In this document: one piece after another, positions 1 to 14,800 of the stretch
How the letters are laid out: each line of letters begins with the position of its first letter
Position numbering within the stretch: position 1 is the stretch's first letter
From: Octopus vulgaris
Lineage: Eukaryota
Length of the DNA stretch: 64,000 bases
Assembly (NCBI GenBank): GCA_951406725.2
Contig: OX597819.1
Span: 28,334,001-28,398,000, forward strand
Direction: 5' to 3'
Notes under the pieces: model-generated
What the model was told of the DNA's origin: nothing
Databases searched by the model: none
What the model saw: the letters and a program-made list of their open reading frames with translations, nothing else
Program-made: the position numbers and the translations under genes

Positions 1-1820
<1,820 letters not shown>

Positions 1821-2130
1821 AAGTGAGAATCTCCTTATTTACCTATAACTCTATCCCCCCTTTTTTTATATATATATTTTATATATATATTTTTTTATAT
1901 ATATTTTTTATATTTTTTATTTTTTTATTTTTTTATTTTATTTTTTTATTTTTTTATTTTTTATTTTTTTATTTTTTTATTTATCTATTCTTTCATCTAA
2001 CTTACCACTGACTCCTTGACCACTCCCCCAAGTATGATATTTTGCGCTATGCCTACCCCCAAAAAGTCCCCCACCACCACTCCTTTAAACCTGCCTAAAT
2101 GTATAAATGCTAATACAATTCTTGTTAAAT

Positions 2131-2181
2131 AGCTTCCTGAAGATTTCTCTTGAATGAAACAGTACTAGTCCTGTAGAAGCT
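2131..2181 (+). ncRNA. Type I hammerhead ribozyme motif (Penelope-like element associated)
   Basis: Stem I AGCTTC/GAAGCT; core CTGAAGA; stem II TTC/GAA; GAAA; stem III CAG-tactagtc-CTG (near-perfect 14-nt palindrome); GUA cleavage triplet. Confidence 0.8.
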
Positions 2182-2264
2182 CCTTCTATATAATAAATTA
2201 ATTTTACTCTGCTATGTATTGAGTACCTTACTTACTGTGGTTAACCCCGAATCAACCCGGGACC

Positions 2265-3274
<1,010 letters not shown>

Positions 3275-3278
3275 ACCA

Positions 3279-3512
3279 AGGCGGGGAGCTGGCCGACATG
3301 TTAGCGCGCCGGCCGAAATGCTTAACGGTATTTCGTCTGTCGTTACGTTCTGAGTTCAAAAATTCCGCCGAGGTTGACTTTGCCTTTCATCCTTTCGGGG
3401 TCGATAAATAAAGTACCAGTTTCGCACTGGGGTCGATGTAATCGACTTAATCCCTTTGTCTGTCCTTGTTTGTCCCCTCTATGTTTAGCCCCTTGTGGGT
3501 AGTAAAGAAATA
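3279..3512 (+). mobile_element. tRNA-derived SINE with Meta-like central domain (family A)
   Basis: Head GGCGGGGAGCTGGCCGA...GAGTTCAAA; central GCCTTTCATCCTTTCGGGGTCGATAAA...GTACCAG; related copies near 9750-10118, 10590-11258, 15800-16190, 23945-24150, 37030-37190, 47630-47835, 61797-61928. Confidence 0.85.
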
Positions 3513-3934
3513 TATAGATATACATGTAAGTGCCCAGCCACTTACATGCAGGTAATTCAGTTAGATTTTATTTCTTCTCATACATCATCATCATCATCAT
3601 CATCATGATATTGACATCTATTTTGCCATGCTTGCATGGATTGGGGAGAATTTAATGAGGCAGATTGTCTATTGTCTGATGCCCTTCCTGTCACCAACTC
3701 CTCCCCCCCCCCTACTTGATTCCAAGTAAGGTAATAATTTCCCTGTGGCCGGAAATGATGAAACTGCTTATATGACAGTGACACTCATTTACAACTATGC
3801 TATGCCAAGACAAGAAGAGATATACACACTCACACACATATGTATATACATATCCAAAATGTGACCTCGTGTGTACCGTTGGCGATTTTTTTCCCCCCTC
3901 TGTCTTCCCTTCTCTGGATCTTTCCTTCTCCTAT

Positions 3935-3969
3935 GTTTCCGACGAAGAGCTCCGCTCGAAACGTTAAAC
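3935..3969 (+). ncRNA. Minimal hammerhead ribozyme motif within a Penelope-like remnant (~3853-4062)
   Basis: GTTT CCGACGA A GAGC tcc GCTC GAAA CG T T AAAC: stem I GTTT/AAAC, stem II GAGC/GCTC, stem III reduced to the palindrome AACGTT; unit ends in a TA-rich tract. Confidence 0.6.
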
Positions 3970-4408
3970 CCTCCTTCTTTCCTGAGCTTCTAATAATACT
4001 ATATTTGTTCCACGTCCTCGCGTTGTTGTGTTTTTTTGTGCTTTCTTGTTTGGATTAACTTTATATACATATATACGTTTATGATGGGCTTCTTTCAGTT
4101 TCTGTAGCCAAATCCACTCACAAGGCTTTGGTTGGCTCAGGGCTAGGGTTGAAGACATTTGCCCAAGATGCCACATCTTGTAAATTGCTGAATTTGCAAA
4201 GCACTTTTAAGAATCTCATTTCAATCATATAGTCACATAAAAGATCGGTCTGATAATGGGGTTGATTTAGTAATCGTAATCAACGTCATAACAAAATTCT
4301 AGGACTATAAAATTGTTCGTCTGTTGAAGAGAGGAAACATGATGCAAATTTTATAATTAAGACTTTATTAGTGTTCCCACTTGTATTGTGCAAAACAACG
4401 CCCAGTGT

Positions 4409-4823
4409 GGATCTTTTCGGTTTGAACGCCAGTTTTTTCTAGCGGTGTCATATGAAATTGTCACCCATAATTATGACCCTAGTATCGATCTATTGCATTT
4501 CAATCTGTTTTAGGGTTAGGGGTGGGGGGAAGGGTATCTTTTTTTCTTCACAAATGTAAATAAACCCAATCTGTTTCTTAAACGAGGGACATATTCATAC
4601 GGCACAGAATGTTTTTTTTTTACCTCAATAGACGTCAGTGATTGGTTGAAATTGCAGAAATTGAAGGAAAAAAACAACAAATATCTTACAGACTATAGAA
4701 TTTTCTCAATAAAGCCAAGAGAAAATGATGTTTTATAAATACATTCTACCAGTATACGAAGTTTATAATTTTTTAGTTACCTAGAAATTATGTTAAAAAC
4801 TGCCGTTCAAACCGAAAAGATCC
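4409..4823 (+). mobile_element. MITE family 1 (GGATCTTTTCGGTTTGAACG TIR, 8-bp TSD; possibly Merlin-like)
   Basis: TIRs at both ends; TSD CCCAGTGT/CACAGTGT; internal TTAGGG-like repeats; other copies at 7888 and 23058. Confidence 0.9.
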
Positions 4824-5147
4824 CACAGTGTTCCAACGCATAACATTCAAGATCAGAGTCATACAACCTCGTTATGCAACATTTGATAAAATCTAAAAAC
4901 GACACGCCGAAGCAACAGACGAGGTGGTTTGAACAGTTGTTTCTTTGCCTGCAATTTTTAATAGCTATAAGCACAAAGGAATGCAGCTGCAGTTACAACA
5001 TATGGCCCACATAATATTTGTTGGAGGGCGATTATGATTACATTCACTTTACAATCAGAATTTTATTCCATTCTTTTTAATTCTAATAAAACACTGTTTA
5101 TTGACTTATATGTAATTAGGGACACGTACAAAAAAAAAAGCAAAAAA

Positions 5148-5544
5148 GCAATCTTTCGTCTCTAGTAGACCTTTCCGTCGATTTCCGTAAAAAAAATTTT
5201 TTTTTTTACATATGGGCTTGCGGGAACTTTTGAAGTAATGAGAGCGAAAGAGACTAAGAGAAAGCGATTGTATGACGAGGGAGGTTCTTTTGAAGTTACC
5301 GTGCATGATGTACATGTGTGTGTGTTTGATGGGGTGTGGGAGACAGACAGTATGTTGTGTAAGTGAAGTGCTTCTGTTAGTATGTGTGAAGAGACAGAGT
5401 AATGTGTGAAAGAAAGAGATAACTGAAATTTTTTACTCGGTGTATGTGTATATTACTTCAAAAGTTCCCGCAAGCCCATATGTAAAAAAAAAAAAAATTT
5501 TTACGGAAATCGACGGAAAGGTCTACTAGAGACGAAAGATCGCC
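5148..5544 (+). mobile_element. MITE family 2 (~90-bp TIRs starting GGC(G/A)ATCTTTCGTCTCTAGTAGACC)
   Basis: Long TIRs; near-identical copy at 37709-38166; ends ~220 bp upstream of the C11orf54 ATG. Confidence 0.9.
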
Positions 5545-5766
5545 ACAAAAAAAAAAAGAGATAAAGAAAATAAAAATTTTGAACAATAGCAGAAATGTTC
5601 ATGTATTTATTTTTTATTTGCAGGCCAACATCCGGGAATTCATAGAAGTTAGGAAATGTCACGTTGTCTTTATCTCTAAAATATCTTTCTTTTGAGTATG
5701 TGACAAATAATATTATTATCAATTATCAGTATCTTCAGGACAGTAAGGCAATAACATACTAAAACC

Positions 5767-5842
5767 ATGGCAGAGGAATTGTCAGATCCTCCATCCATAA
5801 AATTACCGTTAAAAGTACCCGACGAGGCTGAGTTAGTTTCAG
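5767..5842 (+). CDS. C11orf54: C11orf54 coding exon 1 (MAEELSDPPSIKLPLKVPDEAELVS)
   Basis: Kozak-like AACCATGG; donor AG|GTAAAT, phase 1; VP..EEL-like motif. Confidence 0.85.
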
Positions 5843-8800
5843 GTAAATTTATTAATTCATTTTTTAATTCCAGGTTATTCTGCATTTTGTTGATTATCAA
5901 AATATTTACGCTCATTGAAGAATATCAAATACTGAATTATTCCAACTTATTCGGTTAGATCGCCGAAAATATAGTTACGATGCCTGTTAATTACATAACA
6001 GTTTACGAAGATGTTACCGGTAAATTAATTCACTAGAAATAAGAACTAAATTTGTCTAGAACCACACTATACCGTCTTATATAAGAGGAAATGGTATATT
6101 GTAGTCTTAGCTACCCCTACAAAGATGGGACGGTCACAGCTTGAATTCCTTTTATCAGAGTTTGACCTCGGGTAGATAAACAACACCCGACAACTGGGTA
6201 GTTGTCTGAAAGTAGTTAATATTCAAACGTTGACATGAAACACATTTTAAGTATCAAACCATTCTTAGCATTACTTTAGTTTTACAAGCGAAGATCGCCT
6301 TACAAGCTATTATTATTGTTTAATATTTACACAAAACGCGACAGAATTTCCAGTGTTACCGGTTTTTTTGTTTTTTTATAAGTATTTTTTATCGAGATTT
6401 TAAAAAATTAATGCTAATTATTCACGTGACTGATATCAGATTTTTATAATAGTCCAAACAACTCAAGTCAGTTTCTTTCACTCGGGTCTGTGAGCAGACC
6501 CAAGGTGAAGGGCATCTTCGGTTGTGTTAACGAAAATATCTTTCCTTTCCCTTTAGACAGTAGGGTGGTGTTTGAGGAAAATTTGGCTGCTATCGCAGCG
6601 CGAACGAATACACAAGCGGTGGAGGCGCATGGCCTAGTGGTTAGAGCAGCGGACACGCGGTAGAGGGATCGTAGGTTCGAATCTCAGACCGGGCGATGTG
6701 TGTGTTTATGAGCGAAACACCTAAGCTCCATGCGGCTCCGGCAGAAGGTAATGGCGAAACTTCTGCTGACTCTTTCACCACAACTTTCTCTCGCTCTCTC
6801 CTCCTGCATCTTACAGCTCACCTGCGATGGACCGGCGCCCCGTCCAGGTGGGGAACCTATACGCCAAGAAACCGGAAAACCGGCCCTTATGAGCCAGGCA
6901 TAGCTTCAAGAAGGAAGAAGGAATACATAAGCGCTCCCTCATTGAATCGTAACTTCTCATGAGAAAATAAATACAGTTTTAAATGTAGAAAGAGTGATAT
7001 GTTTTTGGTAAGGAGCAAAAAATGTCAACTAAACGTGTTATTAGTTTGGTCATATTGAAGTAACTTTCCTTGTGTTAAGTAGTTGAAATAGTGGCCCAGT
7101 CTCCCTCAAAATCACATCTTATTGTTGTAGATAAAGACTGATCGGATAGTATAATTGCTAGAAAAAAGAAAAAAACCCCAAGACGGTCATGGATGGAAGT
7201 TCTTTAACAATAGATTTGCTCTATCAGTGATGACCAGAAGCCAAACAATAACATTAAAATAAGTTGTACACGAGTGCGTTATCGTCTGCTCCAGTACTAA
7301 AATACATGTTAAAAAAAACAGCGGGGTCGTCATTGTTAAAATCAAATGAATTGGAGCAAGTAAAAGACAAAACAAAACTTAAAAAAAGTAAACTGATTGT
7401 ACTACATAAAGAAGAGTACAAGATATCTGAAGTAGTTAAAGTTTTATCTGTAGATTAAACTATAATCAAAGCAAGTGAGACTTGATCTGCTTGACGAAAG
7501 ACAAACTGACAAACTTTAAAATGAATGCAAGTAGTATTCTAGTACGGTGGCTTGTAGTCTCTCTCTCTCTCACATTGCCTCCCTACAACATGAAATATAA
7601 ACAAGATATTATACAAGACAAACGTAATGGTTTCAGCAGATGAAAGCAGTGTAATTAAAATTGAGACAAACAATAACGGGGAATATAAAAATTTAAATTT
7701 GGCTTTTCTTAAACTACCGAAACGAATAAATGCTTCACGTCCCCCTCTAACTTTTTATTTTTTTCCACATTAATCTTCAGATTTCTAAAGTTTGAAAATT
7801 AGAGATTCCAGTTGTACAGAAGAAAACTTTAAAACTTACATTTTTGTCCCTTCACCTCCTCTACTAAAAATATATACAAAACACTTAGGATCTTTTCGGT
7901 TTGAACGGCAGTTTTTAACAATTTCTAGGTAACTAAAAAATGTTAAACTTCGTATACCGGTAGAATGTGTTTATAAAACATCTTTTTCTCTTGGCTTTAT
8001 TCAGAAAATTCTATAGTCTGTAAGATATTTGTTGTTGTTTTTTCTTCTTCAATTTCTGCAATTTTAAACAATCACTGACGTCTATTGAGGTAACAAAAAT
8101 CATTCTGTGCCGTATGACTATGTCCCTCGTTTAAGAAACAGATTGGGTTTATTTACATTTGTGAAGAAAAAAAAGATACCCTTCCCCCCACCCCTAACCA
8201 CCCTAACCCTAAAAGAGATCGAAATGCAATAGATCGATTCTAGAGTCATAATTATGGGTGACAATTTCATATGACACCGCTAGAAAAAACTGGCGTTCAA
8301 ACCGAAAAGATCCAACACTTATCTTGAGAAAATATATCCCTTACAAGTTACAGTTTTAATTTTAACCAAGGGAAATATTACTGGATCTTTTCCTTTTGAA
8401 CGGCAGACAATTTCTAGTTAACTAAACACTTTAAAACTTCGTATACTGGTAGAATGTGTCAAAATAAAACATTTTTTTCTCTTGGCTTTCTTGAGAAAAT
8501 TGTAATTTGTTTGTTTAACGTAGTTTAATTTTTCGAATTTTAACCAATCCTATGTTCTCTTTTGAGCTAAAATCATTTGCTGCATCTAAAACTGAGACAC
8601 TACCCCTCAGCCTAACCCTAACCCTAATTTATTTTTCTTAATTGTTAAATTAATTTAACAATTAAGAAAAAAAAATTAGGGTTAGGATTAGTGGGAGGGT
8701 TACAGGATGTTGTTTCAGTTTTAGACGCAGCAAATGATTTTAGTTGAATGGAGGTAATCGATTGGTTAAAATTGCCGAAATGCTCGGATTTTCAGACGAA

Positions 8801-11800
8801 ATATCTTACAAACTATAGAATTTTCTCAATAAAGCCAAGAAAAAAATGATGTTTTATAAACACATTCTACCAGTATACGAAGTTTAAAATTTTTTAGTTA
8901 ACTAGAAATTGTGTTGACATCTGCCGTTACTTACTGTGCATACATTTCTCTATCTTTTCATTATATTATAAAAAATACATTTCGAATTTATTTAATTCCA
9001 CCACCAAGTGTATACTGTTTTATATTACATAGACAAAAAAAAAAAAAAAAAACTAAAACAAAATGAAAAACAACTGAGTACACTCAGTGTTTGTTGTCTT
9101 CAGCAGTAAACTTAGTTGTAACAGTGTCCTTCAATAGTTATCTCCTGTGAAAGATATGCTATTTAATTTCTCTCAGAAAATCCCCTCCTCAAAAGAAGTG
9201 GGATCCTAAATCCAAGGTACCATGTAAAAAACATTGGTGTGGGTGTTGGTGCCCCATGAAAAGCTCTGGTGCTGGTTCCATGTAAAAAGCACCCAGTATA
9301 TTCTGTAAAGTGGTTGGCATTAGAAATGGCATCAACCATAGAAACCAGGCCAAAACAGACTATGGAACCTGATGTAGCCCCTGGCCTTGCCAGTTCTAGT
9401 CAAGCCATCCAGCCCATGCCAGCATGAAGAACAGTCATTTAGCTCAGTGCACTAAATGACTTTAGCAAACATTTATTATCAAGTGAGTAATTAAGATCGA
9501 TACAATTATAAGCAGATGTAGAATATGAATATGAATTAGTTTATTAGAAAAATATTTAGTATCGTAATTTCCAGTTGAACTAGACAAGTCTTTATCTGCT
9601 GCATGGCTAGCCCCAAAGTTTCATTAAAGATTTTGTGATAAATAAGAAGTTCGCTTCCCAATCACATGGTTTCAGGTTCTTCCCCACTGCGTAGCTTTGT
9701 ATTCATTTTGAATATTTTGTGAAAACATGTCTGGCCAAGGGAAAATATTCTTTTCGACTCTAGGCACAAGGCCCGAAATTTTTGGGGAGGGGTTCAGGTG
9801 ATTAGATCAACCCCAGTACACAACTGGTACTTAATTTATCAATCTCGAAAGGATGAAAGGCAAGGTTGCCCGTGGCAGAATTTGAACTCAGAATGTAAGG
9901 ACAGACAAAATACCGCTAAACATTTCACCCAGTGTGATAATGTTTCTACCAGCTCACTGCCTTTAATAATGACTTCAAATTTTTGTCACAATGGCAACTT
10001 GGGGGAGAAGAGTAAGTTGATTACATCAACCCTAGTGTCTATTTTATTGACCTTCAAAGGATGAAAAGCAAAGTCAATCTCGGTGGAATTTGAACTCAGA
10101 ACGTAGCAGCAGATGAAATGGCCAAGGGAAAATATTACCCTGCTTGGAAACATACTAGGGTTAGCAGCAGGGTATTGGGCTGTAGAAAATCTACCTCACT
10201 AAGCAATGTCTGACCCATACAAGCATGGAAAAGTGGACTTTAGAACTATGCTATTTGTACTTACTATCCACAAGATTGTTGCATGTAATGTTCTGTTAAC
10301 TATTTTTCAGTTTTGTAACCTTGGATGTAAGTTGATATTGGATTTTCTCTGAGAATCAACTGCTCCAAATAGCTGCATTGTAATAATTTCTAACATAGGC
10401 ACCTATCAATAAATTTGCAGGAGGGCTTAGTTGATTATATTCATAAGAACTTTACTTACCCTGGAAGGATAAAAGAAAACATTGACCTCAGTGAGATTTG
10501 AACTCAGAATGTAAAGGTCACTAATAAAATACCATGGAAGATTTAATCTGATTCTACCTATCCATTGCCTTAAACTGAATTGTAATAATCTTTTCTATTA
10601 AAGGCACAAAGCCTGAAATTTGGGGGAGGGGGCCAGTCGATTAGATTGACTCCAGTACACAACTGGTACTTAATTTATTGACCGCGATAGGATGGAAGGC
10701 AAAGTCAACCCTGGTGGGATTAGAATGGATGAAATGCCACTAAACATTTTGCCTGGCGTGCTAATGATTCTGCCACCTCGACACCTTTCTTAATATGGAG
10801 CACTTCATGAATTTGCATGTTGTCCTTGTGCAGGAGCCATGCTAATCTTCTCTGTATTGTTCCAATTTTTGTGTATGTACAACCTATTTCTTTACTACCC
10901 ACAAGGGGCTAAACATAGAGGAGACAAACAAGGACAGACATAGGTATTAAGTCGATTACATCGACCCTAGTGCGTAACTGGTACTTAATTTATCGACCCC
11001 GAAAAGATGAAAGGCAAAGTCGACCTCGGTGGAATTTGAACTCAGAACGCAGCAGCGGACGAAATACCACAAAGCACCTCGCCCGGCGTGCTAATGTTTC
11101 TACCAGCTCGCCGCCTTTCTGCCAGTTAACCAAAGCTAATACAGAGGGATGAAAGGCAAAGTCGACCTTGGCGGAATTTGAACTCGGAACATAAAGACGA
11201 ATGAAATGCCACTAAGCATTTTACCTAGCGTGCTAACGATTCTGCCAACTCATCACCTTCTGAATTATAATAATGAAAAGTACTGATAAAATATGGTTTT
11301 ATATGAAAGTTAGTGATAATATATGCTTAGTAATGTTAGGAATTAAAATTATGTAACATTTTTGGTGGGTAGTTGGAACTTTTATCTTCTATCTTTTTCA
11401 GTGATTAGATTGTAGCCATGCTGGGGTACCACCTTGAATTTTTAGTTGAATGAATTGACACCTGGTACTTATTCTGCTGGTCTCTTTTGCTGAGCCGCTA
11501 AGTTACGGGGATGTAAACACACCAGCATCGGTTGTCAAGTGGTGATGGGGGTGACAAACATAGATATATATACATATATATGCGGCAGGCTTCTTTTAGT
11601 TTTTGCCTACCAAATTCATTCATAAGGTTGGCCCAAGGCTATAGTAGAAGATACTTGCCCAAGATGCCACATGGTAGGACTGAACCATGTAGTTGGGAAG
11701 CAAGCTTCTTACCACACAGCCGCTCCTGCACTTATAATAGAATAATTTTTCATTAGGCTATGGTAAAGGCTATATTTGTTTCTCTCTAAATTGAAAGTAA

Positions 11801-14800
11801 TGTTGGAAAAAACCATTAACTACAGTAAGGTTAATATAATAATAATAATAATGAAATTATTGTATACAGTGCTCAGGTGCACCACAACTTGTCAGAAAGT
11901 GCATATAAAGTACATGCAGTAATGTAAAAATGTCTGGAAAGCGAACAATGTATGAGTCAGATACATGCCTGTGTGTATATGGAGGAGAGAAAATCAGGTG
12001 TATTGTTGGCGAATCTCAGAAAGTATGGAAGTTTTGAAGGATGCAGTGCTCCGAAACTAACAATTGATGCCGGCAGTTTGTTCCATGCTTCAGCAACTCT
12101 CAGCATGAAAAAATGTTTCCTGAAGTCATGGGAACTGTGCTGTTTTCTGACTTTGTAAATATGTCCATGGGTGTTAGATGGGTGGAGTTTGAAAAGGTGC
12201 TCAGAGTTATTGTTTGTATGATGGTTGATAATTTTATGGGTGTCTGCCAAGTCAGCTGCCAGACGTCGGAGTTTCAATGTGTCCATGCCCAGGGAAGTAA
12301 GGCGTTCAGGATATGGCAAATGCCTGATGGAGGGTATTCTTTTGGTTGCACGTCGCTGAACAGCTTCCAGATATCAACTGTAATATGTATTTTTACTAAA
12401 TAATTCTATTAGATCTAGTTCATGCCTACTATAAATTCTTCCTCTTGCTGTAGGAAGTTTGTTATGCAAAAGGTCTTGAATATAAATTCTTATTATTTCA
12501 CTCAAATGAGCTTCATCTTAAGACTAAAGATCAGCAATGTGAAATTGTAAACTTAGAGTACTACTTGCTGTGGACTCTATAATTATTTCTAATAATTCCA
12601 TACTGTTCTTTCATAATAGGTGGAATTTTGTATGTTCTATTCTTAGGATAATTATCTCATGAATCTACTTGCTAACTTTCTTTAATCAGGTTTTATAGGT
12701 TTAATTAACTAGCATTTAGGGATCTATTAAAGGTCAGTTTGTATGTGTGTGTGTTTGCGTGTTCTTACTTGAATATTTGAATGTAAATATTCAAGACAGG
12801 ATGCCCCAGAGAGCTCCTCTATGCTGATGACCTTGCTCTAATAGCTGAGTCACTATCAGAACTAGAGGAAAATTCATTGGGCAATAAACTTTGCTTGTGA
12901 AGACCTGTTGAGGCAAGTAAAATCAGAATCAAAATTGCTGACATGGCTGATGACAGTACCACCTGATTGGTACTCATGCTAGTGGAATGTTAAAAGTACC
13001 ATCCAAGCATGATCACTGCCTGGGCCACTAATTTGCTCCCATGCCGGTGGCATGTAAAAAGCACCATTCGAGCATGATCGTTGCCAGTGCTGCTATACTG
13101 GCACATGTGCAGGTGGCACTTGAAAAACAACATTCGAGGGTGGTCATTGCCAGTGCCGCCAAACTGGCTCCCATGCAGGTAGCACATAAAAAACTCCTTT
13201 TGAGTGTGGTTGTTGCTAGAACTGTCTGGCTTGCCCTCGTGCCAGTGGCACATAGAAGCACCCACTACACTCTTGGAGTGGTTAGCGTTAAGAAGGGCAT
13301 CCAGCTGTAGAAACTTTGTCAGATCAGATTGGAGCTTGGTGCAGCCTTCTAGCTCGCCAGTCCTCACTCAAACTGTCCAACCCATGCCAGCATGGAAAGT
13401 GGACGTTAAACGGTGATGATGAAACCCTAACTAAAAAATCTAAAAGAAATAAAAAGTTTATTATATAATTTATGTTTGTGTATTGCAAGCTGATTATTGA
13501 ATATTTTCAAACCTTTATTTCAGTTTTGTCTAAGGGATTATTAAAGTATTTTCATGATGTGTCTGTCAACATTGTTGACTGCCCTGATTTGAGAGAGAAA
13601 CCATTTCAATTGGCTGCTGAAGGTAAACCATATTTATTTATTCTATTTAACTTTCACTCCTTGTTCATGAACATCACAACAACAATCACTATCACTACAG
13701 CTCTTCTTTTTTCTTCTCTACTCTTCCTCATCCTCTATCCAGGTAGTAGACTTAATTCATTAGCAGTCCATTTACTTGCAAGCATTTAGGGTCAGATCTC
13801 TAGTCTGAGGGTATCTTCTTGCTAGTAGTCATTATGACCTTGATAATGGTCATAGGCTCTAGACATCTTCCTCTGACAAAGCCTTTAAAAAAAGGTCACC
13901 AAAATCTTCATTGTCATACATTGTCTACTTTTCTCCCCTCCCACCTATCTCTTGTCTTCTCTTTTATCCTTCTCTTCTTGACATCCTTATATTAGCAGAA
14001 GAATATGCTTATGTATTAATTAAGAAGGAAAATACTTTTATTTTCTTTTTGGAGTTGATAAACTCTGTGAATATTTTAAAATGATTAAAGAAAATATTCA
14101 GTAAATTAAATTTGTTTAAGGATCCATAGCTTTCGTTTTTAGCTCCTTTCTTGAAAAATGTGAGTGTACACTTCAATTTAAACCATGATTTCAGATAGTT
14201 TCTGTTTTAACATTCCAGGTATATGCGGAAATCCCTGTCTTGCTGATATTGGAGGACCTCCTTTTCTTCTCCCCACAGTCCATAAAGAAAAGGTTTGTTC
14301 TTAATTATTTTAAATTAGGGAAAGTAAACTAAACCTCCAGCATTTATCCATTGTTGACTGACTTTTTAAAGCACTTTACTACTTATTGAATATATTTTTC
14401 TAATAATGAACCATAGCTACGTGGTTAAGAAGTTTGCTTCCCAACCACATAGTTTTCGGTTCAGTCCCATTGCATGGCACTTTAGCGTTTTAGGCAGGCA
14501 TCTCCTACTATAGCCTCAAGCTGACCAAAGCTTTGTGAGTGGATTTAGTTGAGGGAAACTGACCGAAAGAAACTTGTGTGTATGTGTATATGGCACCATT
14601 CGAGTATGATCGTTATCAGCGTCGCCTTACTGGTACTTGTGCCTGTGCTAGTAGAGTGCCAAGAGCACCATCCGAGCATGATCGTTGCCAGAGCAGCCAA
14701 CTGGCTTCCATACCCATGGCACGTAAAAGGGCACCATTCGAGCGTGATCATTACCAACATCGCTTCAGTGGCATGTGTAAAAGGATCGAGTGAGGTCATT

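Noticed and set aside
5696-5738. Possible 5' UTR intron (gtatgt...cttcag)
   Set aside because: Only ~43 nt; no evidence without transcripts
6620-6693. tRNA-like sequence (also 59431-59510)
   Set aside because: A/B boxes present but no proper acceptor stem, and it continues into a repeated SINE body
10792-10880. Functional U6 gene
   Set aside because: 5' stem-loop missing, many substitutions, no oligo-T terminator, embedded among SINEs
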